Assembly (NCBI GenBank): GCA_965603825.1
Contig: CBFDEM010000043.1
Span: 548,204-612,203, forward strand
Length of the DNA stretch: 64,000 bases
Source: Blepharisma stoltei ATCC 30299
Lineage: Eukaryota; Protista; Ciliophora
Reading direction: 5' to 3'
How positions within the stretch are numbered: position 1 is the first letter of the stretch; each line of letters begins with the position of its first letter. A program made the translations under genes and the position numbers. Shown here piece by piece: positions 33,262-45,591 of the stretch. Below the pieces are notes generated by a model. It searched no databases, was not told the origin of the DNA, and worked only from the letters and a program-made list of their open reading frames with translations.

Positions 33262-34059
33262 ATGTTACGCAGCGTAGTAGCCTCATCGCTACGTCGGTTC
33301 AGCACAGTTAGCCCATATTACGAAGAGCATTATCAATACATCGGCAACCCAAGTCAAGAGGAGTTCCAAAAATTCATGTTAGGAGAGCGCAAGGCCTTAG
33401 TCCAAGACACTACAGTATTTAAGCCAAAAGAACAGATCGAGTTCAACAGAACCGGTGAACTCCTCCTCTACGAAGCCGAGCCATTCCGCCTCAAAGACGT
33501 CCTTACTCCTTACCCTTACTCCGTGTGGTCCTGGTCAATGCCTTCTTTCCTCTACATGTACTTTGCAAATCCTTTTGGCCTGCTCTGGCTGCAAAACGAC
33601 CTATTCCTGCTCGCTGGCCTTTGGTGCTGGTATCCTCAAGTAGAATACGTGTTTAACCTCAGATACTGCATTAGCAGGCTTTGGCTGCTGAGAGGTGGAA
33701 AGGTCCTAAAAGTTGAGCACTCAAATGTGACAGGCTACAGGTGGAAATCATGGATTTTTATTGACGAAATCAACCTGCTGACTGAAGATAAAAAAAGACT
33801 GGAGCCTGAAAAAGGCTTAAAAGCTAATATTTTAGATGAAAATAAGCAGCTCAAGGCAGAAACCCATATTCAGGTTGACAACTTTGTAGATGTGGGGAGA
33901 AATATGCAGGACCATGTTCTGGTCCTCTGCAAGGATGGACAAGTCCATAGCCCAGAAATTTTGGAGGCTGTGCTAAAGGGGTTCGAAGTTGATACAACCA
34001 ACTTCAGGATCAACACTCTTCATACGGAAAGATGGTTGGAGCCTAATACTAACTCTTAA
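33262..34059 (+). CDS. Mitochondrial two-TM membrane protein (TMEM70/186/223-like, tentative)
   Basis: Presequence MLRSVVASSLRRFS and two hydrophobic helices followed by ISRLWLLRGGKVLKVE. Confidence 0.65.
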   Translation: MLRSVVASSLRRFSTVSPYYEEHYQYIGNPSQEEFQKFMLGERKALVQDTTVFKPKEQIEFNRTGELLLYEAEPFRLKDVLTPYPYSVWSWSMPSFLYMYFANPFGLLWLQNDLFLLAGLWCWYPQVEYVFNLRYCISRLWLLRGGKVLKVEHSNVTGYRWKSWIFIDEINLLTEDKKRLEPEKGLKANILDENKQLKAETHIQVDNFVDVGRNMQDHVLVLCKDGQVHSPEILEAVLKGFEVDTTNFRINTLHTERWLEPNTNS

Positions 34060-34113
34060 ATGGGTAACCTATAATGAGGTTTCTTAAATTGGCTTATTAA
34101 TAATTTTAAAGAA

Positions 34114-34746
34114 ATGTCAAACGAATTTTACCAGAGGTATCATCGATTATTTTTTGAAGACGACTCAGAACCTATTTCAATGCAATATTTCTTGTCAAAA
34201 AATCCGAAAAATAGGATAAATCTGAAGCCGAGCACAGATATTTTGAGTTTAGCTCAAGAGTTCGAGATAATTCCAAAAGATGTGACACAAATAGAGCCGG
34301 CGCAGCCAAAGTTTAAGCAGATTTCAGCGATAGAGGCACAGCCAGTTTCAAAAGCTGCTGTGAAATTGCCTTTTTCTGAGAGTCCTGCTTTTCAAGCAAA
34401 ACCTACTTTTCAGCCTGCAGCGATGTCTCCGCCGAAACGTATAATAGAATATCAGCCTCAGCCAGATAACACTGGAGAAGTTTTCAAATCAATGTATACG
34501 AAACAGCCACTTAATATCCAATCTCCCACTTTTCAGCCTCAGCCTCCTCAGCAGCAAGCTTATGAATCTACAAGAAACAATATCTTCCCTGATCAGCCGC
34601 TACGACCTCAGTCTAAGCCAATTTCCCCTTATCAAACTGCCTTAAATCGGAGGAAAGATGCTAAGAAGAATAATGAATACAGAAAAGAACGCCTAAGAGA
34701 GCTTCTCTCAATGGACAAAGTGCCTCTAGGTAAACTTAACAAGTAA
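34114..34746 (+). CDS. Pro/Gln-rich hypothetical protein, 210 aa
   Basis: Open frame packed between two genes; no domain recognised. Confidence 0.75.
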   Translation: MSNEFYQRYHRLFFEDDSEPISMQYFLSKNPKNRINLKPSTDILSLAQEFEIIPKDVTQIEPAQPKFKQISAIEAQPVSKAAVKLPFSESPAFQAKPTFQPAAMSPPKRIIEYQPQPDNTGEVFKSMYTKQPLNIQSPTFQPQPPQQQAYESTRNNIFPDQPLRPQSKPISPYQTALNRRKDAKKNNEYRKERLRELLSMDKVPLGKLNK

Positions 34747-34807
34747 ATTTGTATATAATTGATTTATTTATCTTTAAATATAAGTTACCATTATTAGGAA
34801 CAAAATA

Positions 34808-35797
34808 ATGTTGCCTATGCGCTTGAGAGATCTCGAGGTAATTCGAACTATTGGTATCCCCTATCTAGGTACTGGCACTTTTGCACGTGTAGCATTAGTT
34901 CGTTCAAAAAACCAGCGCAATAGTACTCATTATGCACTTAAAATGATTAACAAAGAAATTATAGTGAAACTCAAACAAGTGGAACACGCGAAAACTGAAA
35001 AACGAGTTTTATCGACCATGGACCATCCCTTCATAATCAAGCTGTAACTATTACACAGCTTTAATTCCTTCCAAGACTCCTCGTGTCTCTACTTAGTGCT
35101 CGAATATATACCAGGAGGGGAATTGTTCACAAGGTTAAGACTTTTTCATCATTTTCCTAATGATGTTGCGTTATTTTATGCTACAGAAATTTTATTAGCT
35201 ATTTCTTATATGCACTCACTAGATATCGTATATCGGGACCTCAAACCAGAAAATATCCTTATCGACCACCAAGGACATGTGAAAATTGCTGATTTTGGCT
35301 TCTGCAAAATAATTTCTCAAGGTGAAAGGAGCTTCACCTTGTGTGGAACACCAGAATATCTATCCCCCGAAGTTATCAAATCTGAAGGACACAGAAAACC
35401 GGTGGATTGGTGGGCTTTTGGGATTTTAATATATGAAATGCTTGTAGGGAATCCACCATTTTTTGACCCAAATCCTTATAAGATATATAAGAAAATAGTC
35501 AAAGGGGAATTCGAGATGCCTGAAATTGTTTCAAATAACGCCGCTGAATTAATTTCCAGACTTTTATGCCTAAACCAAGCTGAAAGACTAGGGACTGGGG
35601 GAAGTGAAGAAATAAAAGCTATGAAATGGTTCAGAGGTGTCGATTTTATGATGGTATTTAGAAAAGAAATTAGCGCACCTTGAATGCCGAGCTTAACAGG
35701 GCCGAATGACACATCTTCTTTCGCAAACTATCCTGATGACCCCAATTTCTTTCAACCGGCTTCTTGCAGTGTAAATGAGCTTTTTCACGATTTCTAA
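34808..35797 (+). CDS. cAMP-dependent protein kinase catalytic subunit-like (PKA-C/PRKX group), 319 aa, two introns
   Basis: After splicing: IGTGTFARV, KLKQVEH, YRDLKPEN, TLCGTPEYLSPE, AP-W(TGA)-MP and terminal FxxF (FHDF*). Confidence 0.93.
34854..34868 (+). other. 15-nt spliceosomal intron (in frame, stop-free)
   Basis: GTATCCCCTATCTAG; removal converts TIGIPYLGTGTF to the canonical TIGTGTF. Confidence 0.85.
35044..35058 (+). other. 15-nt spliceosomal intron
   Basis: GTAACTATTACACAG; removal restores HPFIIKLFNSFQD. Confidence 0.92.
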
Positions 35798-35965
35798 GAC
35801 AAATGTAAACTCTTGGTCTATTAACTTAAACCATAATAATTATTCTACAAAGAAAATTAATTACCTTTTTGTCAATGGAAAATAACCTTAAAATTTATTA
35901 AAAATATTCAAAAATTAACCGATTATTTAAGGGCATAAGCTTATGCTTATCATGAGAGTATAAAT

Positions 35966-36658
35966 TTAAATAATAGTTCTACACATTGGACAAATGCATC
36001 TGATGACTACTCAATTTTTCAAACAAATATGGTGGTATGCGTGGTCGCATGGCAAAATAATACAGACAGAATTTACTCGAATAGGCTCTAGGCATATAGC
36101 GCATGAACCTTCTTTTTCCAATATTTTCGCATGAGGCTCCAATTTTTCTTGGGCTTCAATTCTGCTTGACTCTAGTCCTAAATTTTGCATATAAATTCTT
36201 CTGATTTTTTTAAAATTAGCAGCAATATAAGCCACAAAACATACAGCTTTGGTGTACTCAATATTGACTAAAATAAACCCCACAACCCCAGCAGCGCTAT
36301 CTAGCAGTTCTAAATTCCTTGAAATTCCTACAAGCATAATTGTGACCAACGATAAACGTACCCTGCATTTAAATTACACTTCTAAAATCACCTGAATCCC
36401 TCTGGTCATTGAAAACGAGATAGGAACGTTTCCACAGTAATAAAAAATCCCTAGCACCAAAAAGAATAGAAGTTCATAGCCATCTACCGCTAGGTAAATA
36501 ATTAAAAATAAATCAATGCCATTTTTGGCAGTCGTGCCTGTTGCGGCTAGAGAGATCACGACAGCTGCTATTTTTGCAATTGTGTATAAAATGTAGCAAG
36601 TAAGGACTTTGCCTTTATTGCGTTCTAAGAATCTGATAGTGGTTGGTACTTCATTCAT
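35966..36658 (-). CDS. Transmembrane RING-H2 E3 ubiquitin ligase, 225 aa, one intron
   Basis: About four TM helices, then CAICLE...LPCDHAYHHICLKN-W(TGA)-VVIRCICPMCR. Confidence 0.9.
36363..36377 (-). other. 15-nt spliceosomal intron
   Basis: GTAATTTAAATGCAG on the minus strand; removes an in-frame TAA. Confidence 0.85.
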
Positions 36659-37101
36659 TTTATGGATTTTGCAATATGAAAATTATAACGATCAGAATTT
36701 TGGAAATAATATGAAATAAATAAAATGGGTGTATATTATTAGTTGACTGGTTTTGCTGTTAGAATTAGCTGGGATTATTTATTGGGAAAATCTGATGTAA
36801 GTATAATTAAAAATTTATGAAAATAATATGTGGTATACTTATTAGGGCAAGTATTAATGGCCTTATTTTTTTATAAAAATGTCTGTAAATAAGCAATACA
36901 ATTAGAGTAAGATCGCATGCTGTAAGGTCAAAACATATGCAAGATTGGATTATATTATTTAAAAGCCTATAATATTATTTATTACCACTAAATCCATTAT
37001 TTATTAAATAATGAACTTTTTTGCATTTTTTAAAATTCTCTACCAAATAATCATTTAAATTATTTCATGATTACTATAATTACTTAATAATTGTTAATTC
37101 T

Positions 37102-37767
37102 ATGAAACCCCGAAAAAATCAAAGTGAAGACATTGATTCTATCTACAAAGCCACGCTACTCAAGCACAGGGACACAATCATTAACAACAAATATGCAAGA
37201 GAGCTTGAAACTAAATATAATAAAAGCCATCAAAAATCATATACCTTTACACCTAAAAAATCTCCAAATTTCACCCATGTTAACACCCACCTGTGGCCAG
37301 TCCACAACCGGATGTTCATAAAAGTCTTGAAATCCAAGCTTGACGACGTTTTGATTCCTACTATTTCGCGTAGAAAAGAAAATATCGACATAAACGCCAA
37401 ATTATCATTTGAAAAAATCAGAAAAGTATTGAGAACTTCTAATGGGCGCATTAGAAATGACAAAGGGAGGCATGAACTTAAAGATCTTGATCTCCTCGCT
37501 GTGGATTTTGGTGGACCTCCTTTTCCAAGGAGGCCAAAAGGGTCACTTCCAAAGCCAAGACCATTGACTACAAGTGCTAGGCATACCCATCGTAAGGAGG
37601 TAAAACAACAAAAAGCAAAGACAAATATTTCGCCAATAAAAATTGGGCTGAATTTTACGTATATTGACGATGCCAAAGAGTCATCTGTTGATAATCTGGA
37701 TAATGACACGTTAAGAGATAAGGAAGAGTTTAGAATGTTGCATCAGCCCAGATATTATAACGATTAG
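37102..37767 (+). CDS. Basic hypothetical protein, 221 aa
   Basis: Open frame from ATG to TAG; no recognised domain. Confidence 0.72.
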   Translation: MKPRKNQSEDIDSIYKATLLKHRDTIINNKYARELETKYNKSHQKSYTFTPKKSPNFTHVNTHLWPVHNRMFIKVLKSKLDDVLIPTISRRKENIDINAKLSFEKIRKVLRTSNGRIRNDKGRHELKDLDLLAVDFGGPPFPRRPKGSLPKPRPLTTSARHTHRKEVKQQKAKTNISPIKIGLNFTYIDDAKESSVDNLDNDTLRDKEEFRMLHQPRYYND

Positions 37768-38041
37768 CTTAAGTTTGCTTGTATAAGATTTTAATAGGAG
37801 TTTCTTTTAATTTAATATGCCTGATTCTTATTTAAATGCTATAAATATTGGCATTTTTAAAATCATTTGAGTAAGAAAATTCTAAAATAGAAATTTAAAC
37901 TATAGAACCACAGCAGCTATTTTTAGCAGCTATTTAATTTTAAAATAAACAATTTTTAAATCATCTTCAATAAATTTATAGTTATCATTTAATTTTTTTC
38001 GAAAATCCTCTTTCATTTATAGTATTTTAATCGCGATATTA

Positions 38042-39337
38042 ATGGAAAACTTGCTTGATAGAGCACGTGGGTCTGAAAACATAAGCAACGAAAAAGACAA
38101 AGTGATGGAACGCATAGACTGGCTTAACCATCTTCGCATGATCTACAACATTACCGCAGGCATCGCCTCAGTGAAATCCATCGCAAATACGATCACAACT
38201 GAAGCATTTCTAAACACTCTCCTCGACAACATTTTCCGTCTGCCTCTACAAAACCGAGAAACCTACAAAAAGTCCACAAGTGTCCAATGCATGAGCTTTG
38301 ACGACGTTTTCACCTGTTTTGAGTCAGATTTCGGAAAGCACTTGTCATGGGATTACGTTATGAACCAAACCATACTTCTGAGTCTAAGGACAAATTCCTT
38401 TGAAGAAGAGATTCTGCCAGAAAGCCCTAAAAGCCTTGACTTAAATGAACTGGTGTACATAAGCAGGTTCAGCAATTCTTCCCCTGAATACGAAGATACT
38501 GAACAAAGACCTCCAAGAGTGGGAGACTTGAGGATTCCTCAAACCCCCAGAGGTCTTAGAAGTGACACTGGCTTCCAACAGTCTTTTCACAATAGAGAAT
38601 TCTCATCTGGAAGCAGGATAAGCCATGATTTAACACCACCTAATGCCAGACCACCGCTAAAATTGCCTGATTTTCATGAATCAATTCAGAAAATTGAAGA
38701 CGAAAAAACAATAGCCTTTTCTGAACCAAAGGACGAAAGCAGCGTAGACGAGCCTCAAAATAGAATTTTAGACCTATCAGGGAAAAAGCTTACAAGTTTC
38801 AGACATGGGTTGACGTCATCTATTATAATTCTAAGCCTTTCTAACAACAGGATCACCAAAATCCCAAGCTTCCCTAGCACAAATGCATTGGAGTCTCTAG
38901 ATTTAAGCTGAAATATGATAGAAAACGTCCAGGGCCTTGGAGTCTTGAAAAACCTCAAAGAACTGTATTTAAGCCACAATTTGATTTCCAAGGTCTCGAC
39001 GCTTTCTCAGAACGAGTGCTTAGCACTGCTTGATTTATCTCACAATAAAATCAACCAGTTCCAATGCTTCGCAGCTTTGGCTCAGAATAAACGCTTGCGA
39101 GTTCTCTGCGTCATCGGCAACAAAATTGTAAAAAACAAAGACTTCAAGCGGAACATAGAGGCCCTTCTCCCACAAATTATTATCCTAAACCCTGAAAATG
39201 TGATGGACCATAGCGTGGTTTCTTCTGACCCAAAAGCTTCAGTTAGAAGCTCAATTCAGCCAGGTGAAAAGCCAAGATTTTCTATGCGGCATTCAGCTGA
39301 AAATCCTTTTAAATTGATAAATAAAAAAGCTAAATAA
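38042..39337 (+). CDS. Leucine-rich-repeat (SDS22-like) protein, 431 aa
   Basis: LSLSNNRIT, LDLS-W(TGA)-NMIE, LYLSHNLIS, LDLSHNKIN and an LRR cap. Confidence 0.88.
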
Positions 39338-39364
39338 TTTTCCTGAATTTAAATTATTAAAATA

Positions 39365-41245
39365 TTAGCGAGGTTCTTTATATTTGATAGGCTCTTTAAA
39401 GCTAGGCAAAACATCAGAGTCAGGGAGAATATTGCTTGATATCACTGTATTGGAGCCCAGTGGGACTCTTGGAGTTGTGGTACGGAATGACTCAACAGCG
39501 TAGCTTGAAGGCTTAAAAGAAGAAGGAGTGTTAGATTCAAGCTGATAGCCTGTTGGTTTAAAGGCAGAAGGGGTCGAAGAGTCAATTTGATAAGACGGCT
39601 TGTATGGAGAAGTCGTCACTGGATTCGTTTCCATTTGGTAGGTAGGTTTAAATGGAGAAGTTGTCCCTAAATTTGGATCATACCCAGACGGCTTGAACAC
39701 TCCAGGCGTTGAAGAAACCTTATAGGTTGACGTGTAGGGAAGCTTAGACCTCTCAAAATCATTGACTTTTCCATTTAGCCAATTCAATGTCTCTTGCATT
39801 GTTCCTAAGTTCTGCTTAGACTCTTCCACCTTCTTCTTTAACTGCAAATTCTCGTCTTGAACTCGCTTTAACTCGTCTTCTTTGTTCCCTATATCTCTTC
39901 TTAACTGAAAAATTTCTTTTTCCTGCATGTCTATTTGGTCTTGCTTCTGCTGAATGACATTTTCCTGCTGCATTACAACGGTATTTTTCAGTTTCAGCTT
40001 TTGCTTGCCTGATTTGATTTCGCTCTGAAGCTTTTGGATGATGGAGTTTCCTTTGTTTATTTCAGATGCACTTTGGGCTAGCTTGTCTTCCATTTTGGCG
40101 ACTGAAGCTTTTAATAGCCCAATAGTGTCATCTTGCTGGGACTTAAATTCATTATTAGTCTCTATAAAACTTTGCAGTTTTTGGTTCAGTTCTTCTTTAT
40201 CTTGCAGCTGCCTTTGCAAGTTTTCCAGCTTAATTCTATATTCAGTTATCGCTTTTTCCTGGTCAAACTTTGTCGTTTCTAAGCTTTTATTATTTGTCCG
40301 AAGCAGAGCCAGCTCATTACTAGCAAGCTCCAGCTCATGATCTAGCTTATTTACCCTCGCAGAGAGCTCCCTTTCTGTTCCTTCCAGAGACGTTTTATTT
40401 CCTAAAACTTCATTAAGTCTGTTTTGATGTGCCTCCAGTTTTTCATTTAATTCCTGTATCGTCTTCTGATACTTTTCTTCAAGCACTCGCCTTTCATAGT
40501 CGAACTGGTTCTGCATGCTCAATTGAGTATCAAGCATCTGTTGCCTCACCGTCGTCAGTTTTTCTTGGTCTTCCAGCCTCCTCTCTTCTAATTTTCTTTC
40601 ATTTTCTATTTTTATCGTCTGAAATTGTCGAGAAATGTCATTAAACTGCGCAGATTTAAGTTCTAGCATCTCTTCAGTAGAATTCAGCTTGGCCTGCAGC
40701 TCTTCACTGCAAGCCTTATACTCTTTCACCCTTGAGGCCAAATGAGCCTTAATAAGCTCGTCATTCGCTCCTCGAAATCTCAGTGTAATGTGGCTTAAAC
40801 TTCTCATGTAGTTGATTTCAGAAATCGAAAAGGTCGCTTCATGCGAATTTACACGTGTAATTGAGCAGCTGAATTTTGGGTTCTCGTCAAAGGTCCTTGA
40901 CACTCTTCTTATTAAATCAAGTACGTTGTGCGGAAACATCAAAAAGTCAATAAGCAGCTGCTGCTCATGTTTTATCGTATGGAATTCCTGCTCACCAATT
41001 TCTGTTGCGTAGAGAAAAAAAGGGTCAGCCTCGTCTGTGATTTCGATATTCAGCACTTGGTGATGGGAATTTTGCACCTGAGTCATGGCGATATGGATGT
41101 CTAAAAAGCAGGATTTTTCTTCCAGGCCTGGACCTTTTATTTGAACGAGAACTTTTTCAGTTACAGGCTCAAAGGGCTCAAAACTGCGGAGTTCTGATGT
41201 AGAATTGGCTCGAAAAGAAGTATTTGAAGGTTGACGAATCATCAT
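39365..41245 (-). CDS. SAS6: Centriole/basal-body cartwheel protein SAS-6
   Basis: PISA-type head (IEITDEADPFFLY...EFHTIKHEQQLLIDFLMFP), long coiled coil, EINKGNSIIQKLQ. Confidence 0.93.
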   Translation of the reverse strand: MMIRQPSNTSFRANSTSELRSFEPFEPVTEKVLVQIKGPGLEEKSCFLDIHIAMTQVQNSHHQVLNIEITDEADPFFLYATEIGEQEFHTIKHEQQLLIDFLMFPHNVLDLIRRVSRTFDENPKFSCSITRVNSHEATFSISEINYMRSLSHITLRFRGANDELIKAHLASRVKEYKACSEELQAKLNSTEEMLELKSAQFNDISRQFQTIKIENERKLEERRLEDQEKLTTVRQQMLDTQLSMQNQFDYERRVLEEKYQKTIQELNEKLEAHQNRLNEVLGNKTSLEGTERELSARVNKLDHELELASNELALLRTNNKSLETTKFDQEKAITEYRIKLENLQRQLQDKEELNQKLQSFIETNNEFKSQQDDTIGLLKASVAKMEDKLAQSASEINKGNSIIQKLQSEIKSGKQKLKLKNTVVMQQENVIQQKQDQIDMQEKEIFQLRRDIGNKEDELKRVQDENLQLKKKVEESKQNLGTMQETLNWLNGKVNDFERSKLPYTSTYKVSSTPGVFKPSGYDPNLGTTSPFKPTYQMETNPVTTSPYKPSYQIDSSTPSAFKPTGYQLESNTPSSFKPSSYAVESFRTTTPRVPLGSNTVISSNILPDSDVLPSFKEPIKYKEPR

Positions 41246-41298
41246 ATTTAAATTACGAAATTTCTCTTAAGCATAATTTAATTACTGCCAACATTGAG

Positions 41299-44200
41299 CT
41301 ATTTAGTGATCAAATTTGACATGACGCTCGAAAAGAACATCGGGAACACAAATATCAACAGCAAACAGCACAATGCACAGCAAATTAGCAAACAAATTTT
41401 CGCCTTGAACTCAGGCCCGCACAGCTGGCTTATCATTTTCAGAGGATTAAGTGACCACTCAAATCTTCCTATTGGTGGTGGCAGCTTTGGGTCAATATTA
41501 GGATCATCTCTTCCTTCTCCAACGGGACACGCTTGTGCCCTCATCTCAGGCACCAGCTCAAAGCTAATTAGCACCTTCCCGCCATCCTCAAAGCCTCCTT
41601 TTTTGTCTCTTTTCTTGCACGTGACCCAGAATTTTTCATTTTCAGTGTTCATAACTCTCTCTTTCCAGTTTTCAGATGATCCTTTTTTCTTGACCCTTTG
41701 GTTTTCTTCCAAAGCCATCGTCGCGATTTCATTGAACTCAAAAGAAGTCTCAGCAATAAAGTCGTTTCTAGAGAAAACGTCTCTGTCCCAAATTTGAATT
41801 GTGACTGTATTTTCAGCTTGCGGAAGGCTTATTGGGAATTTCATGCGCCAATTCCACGACCCTTTTCCTCTGACACATCTATAGTGGGTGTCAGTTTCTT
41901 TGTCTTTTTCTTGGTTTACCCAGGCACGGACAAATAAGTCGCTTACACCTTCGAAGTCCATGTTTTCTACGTCTTCACAGCGCCATATAATAAGCCTAGC
42001 TTCAAATTTGGCTGGCGGGCGAGGACTTATGTCAACTTGATCAGGGATTACTGTATTGTGGTGGATTTCTACCCACATTCTGACATATCCTTGAGGTCTC
42101 CGAGAAGCTGGCAAATAAAGAGCTCGGGTTTCTACTGGGACTTCTTTTAGCCCTCTTCAGCTTTTATTGAAAAATCTGTCTTCAATATCTATGATAGTCG
42201 TCCCTATTTTTGAGTCTGGGAATACTTTATTATAGTCCCACATAGAAATTTTTAGTAGAGACTGTCCAGGAATAGTAGTCTCAAAGTCATGGCACTTGAA
42301 AAACTTGGGGTCGCAGACGTCTTCCTGGTGCTCTTCTCTGTTATTTATAGATCTTCCTCCTAGTTTTACTTTAAAATAAGGGTCAGACTTGCTGAAAGAG
42401 TCTTTTTGTTCAAGATCAAAGGCATCAATGATATAAACTCTAACAACACATTGCGTTTTCACAAGCAGGGTTCTAGCAATAGACTCAAAATCAGAGTTAT
42501 CATCAGGAAAATCTTTGGAGCCCATCAAGCCTGTTAAAAATCCAAATGGTTGCCACTTAGGAGGATAGTCAATGACTCTTATTAAAGCTTTGAATTTCCC
42601 TACACATTCCACAGTTGACTTTTGGCCATCTTTTTCTTGGTGGGTAGTATGCAATGTAGGTAGCTCATCAACGCCTCGGCTTGCACCTCGTAATATATTG
42701 AACTCTTCAAAAGCTGATTTTTCAAAAATAGGGATTTTCTCAAGCTCTTCATGAATATAGTACCGATAATGCTTTTTCCCATCATCTGGCTCACGGTTAT
42801 ACCCAATAGCTAAATAGTTGTCAGGATTAGGTGGGTAGATTTCTATTAGCTTTTTAGTTTTACTTTCTTTGTACTGTGGCATGAGAACAATTTTACTATT
42901 AGAAACTGCTTCTTCAAATGGGATCTCTACTTTGCTCAGGTCTTCATATACTTTAGAAGGTTGCTCTGATGGTTTCTTATCAATGTCAGTGTCATGGCTT
43001 AGGTCAACAGATTCAAAATTTCCTGCTTCATCAGTTATCTTTGAAGAGCTCATACCTGGAGGCAGCAAAACTTCAAGTTCTGGCTTCTGTTTCGTAGATT
43101 GAGGGGGCAAAGGGGACATCTGAGTTTTGCTTTGAGGAATTTTTTCTTCTTCAATATCAAGGTTAAGAGGATTTGTCAAAGTTGTAGTCACCTTCATGAA
43201 CTGGCTAGAGAAAAACTGCGATTTCAAGCTTTTCTTCATTTCTGAGTATTTTCCTAAATCTATACTAAAAGTCCCTATAAGAGGCTGAGACAATCCAGCA
43301 AATAAATTGTCACAGACTGTGCATGTGAGAACTGGAGCGTACAGCGGGTCTTCTGGGATTTTGCATCTGAATGAAAGCGTTGAGTTTATATTAGGGTCTG
43401 ACCCTCCTTCAAATGGCTGAGTCTGCAAGAATTTAATACCCTGGGACACTTCTGGCAAGTCTAAGGAATTCAAATCGACCCTTACAAATGCTTTATTGAC
43501 AGGCAAAAACCCTACAGCTGGCTTAAGCCCTCTCAGTCCTAAAATATTGATTTCTACAGTCTTATCTACGAATTTTGGTGTAATATTAAATCTTGGGACT
43601 GAGCTTGGCCTAGCCAAAGTAAACGAGCATAAAATTGCTCCTTTTTCAGAGTCAGGAGTCCCAAGGTTTATTGGATACCATTTTGGCCTCGGTGCTAAAT
43701 CAGTATTCATTGAGGCGTCAGACAAGTCTATTAGCGCCCTTCCCATCATATCATCTTTTGAAAGCACGTCATAGTCAAAAAGGGAGACCAAGACAGGTGG
43801 CGCATCTTCTATTGAAGGAGTTCTTATCTGTAATGGAAAAGTTTCATACCACCTAGGGTTTAGTGTCTGCTCTCTTGGCTTATTTTTTGTATTTATTTCA
43901 ACCCCTGCACAATAAATCACTAAATATGGGTCAGATAGCCCAACTCCATCTGCAGCAGGCAAGTCTCTGGCTTGGAAAACGTGGGTAAGCAGCACCCAGT
44001 CTTCCATTTTTGGCTTGATCAATTTTTGGTCCCAATGCCCTGCCTTTAAGTCGTCGTTATCACTGTCAAAAGGCCCAATGTAAATTCTGATCCTTACAAA
44101 CCCAGCTTTCCAATTTTCTTTTACCTTTCCGATTGATTTGTCAGGTATTAGAGGAATCCACTCAGCTCGGCCATTTATATCCATACATTTATTTGGCTTG

Positions 44201-45591
44201 ATTCTTGCATAGCAAATTCTTTTTTCGTCATATACAAGGTATACAAAAACATCAGGCAAGTCTTTTTCAGCCAGATTAGGAATCATGCAGATTTGGCGGC
44301 GAAGGGTTTCGTACCAGTCGACTGAAGCATTTTCTGTTTGCTGGAGACTTGATATTGACTCAGCGCCAGACCAGCTTATTACTACAGAATATTTCCCCTT
44401 TTTAAACGGCAAGGCATTCCCGCTCATCACTTGAGCTCTGATTTCATACTCCTGCCCGACCTCAAAATTATCTCTGATTTTTACATCAATATTAGCCTCA
44501 GCAATTCTTTGTGTCTTTTTATAAGTTTCAGAAGCACCTTCTTCGACCCATTGACGAAGCAGCACCCTGCCTCTCCAGTTAGAAGCAAACTGAGGGACAT
44601 GGTTCATATACTCTGCAGCATCACCTTCAGCCAGTGGAGGTGCGCCATAAATATTTGCCCAAAAATAGTCTTTATAAAGCCCTCTTCTTATTTTGTCAAA
44701 ATTAAATACTACACTCCCCACCAAATCGTCAGCACTTGTGCTGTCCCAATCCCAAAAAGTTAATGACATTGTATTGGTCACACAAGGCACCAAAATAGGC
44801 AAATAAATTTCCTCGTACCAATAAGCAGTCAGCGTTGCTTTATCTGCTACTATAGTGCTTGTCTTGGACTCAGCTCCTGCAAACCTCGCTACACAGTATG
44901 CGTCTAGTGTCCCTCCTCTGTCCATCACAGGCAGATTTTCAGCTTTCAAAATCTGGGTTATCAATTGCACAGTAACTGGCTTTACATGTGGAGGCAGCAG
45001 CATTTCCTTATCTTTTTGGCTCATATCCTCTCTAATTGCCAAATCTACAGCTTTGTCTTCTTCATATAGCACAGAGACTCCTATTTTGATATACCCTCTG
45101 ACGACGTCAAAGTGTTGGTCTTCAGGATTAGAAAGAACGACCCATCTGTGAATTATTGCATGGTCTTTTTGAGAATAAATGTAAACCATATCGATTTCGT
45201 GGACTCCTAGTAAGGCGTCTTTTCAGAGCTTGTTGTGGTCTCGGACCTCAATTGTGATTCTTTGGTCTTTGAAGTCGTCTGGCTGGATGTTTTTGCCTTC
45301 AATGTAAATATGTTCTCCTCAGTATACAATTGAGGAACCACCAACGTCGTTAAGCGGCTTCGTGGACTTTTGGGTGCTAAAAGCAGTAACGACGATAACT
45401 GGGTCTGAGGTATCTGCACCACCTGGAGGCATCAAAGCACGGCCTTGCTCGATGAAGATATGGACCATATAATCACCTGCTCGCATGCGAATGTTACTTG
45501 GCTCAGAATCTTGAGGGTTAGTGTCTGGCTTGTCTTTAGCGCTTTTGTCTTGCTGCTCCTGTTCCTTTGGAGCTGGAGATTTGTCTGCCAT
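41299..45591 (-). CDS. Ferlin-family multi-C2-domain tail-anchored protein, 1430 aa
   Basis: Three TGA=Trp join the ORFs. Multiple C2 domains (QARDLPAADGVGLSDPY, VRVYIIDAFDLEQKDSFSKSDPY), plus TIIDIEDRFF, ETDTHYR..GKGSWNWR, PVGEGRDDPN..PKLPPP and a C-terminal TM. Confidence 0.92.
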
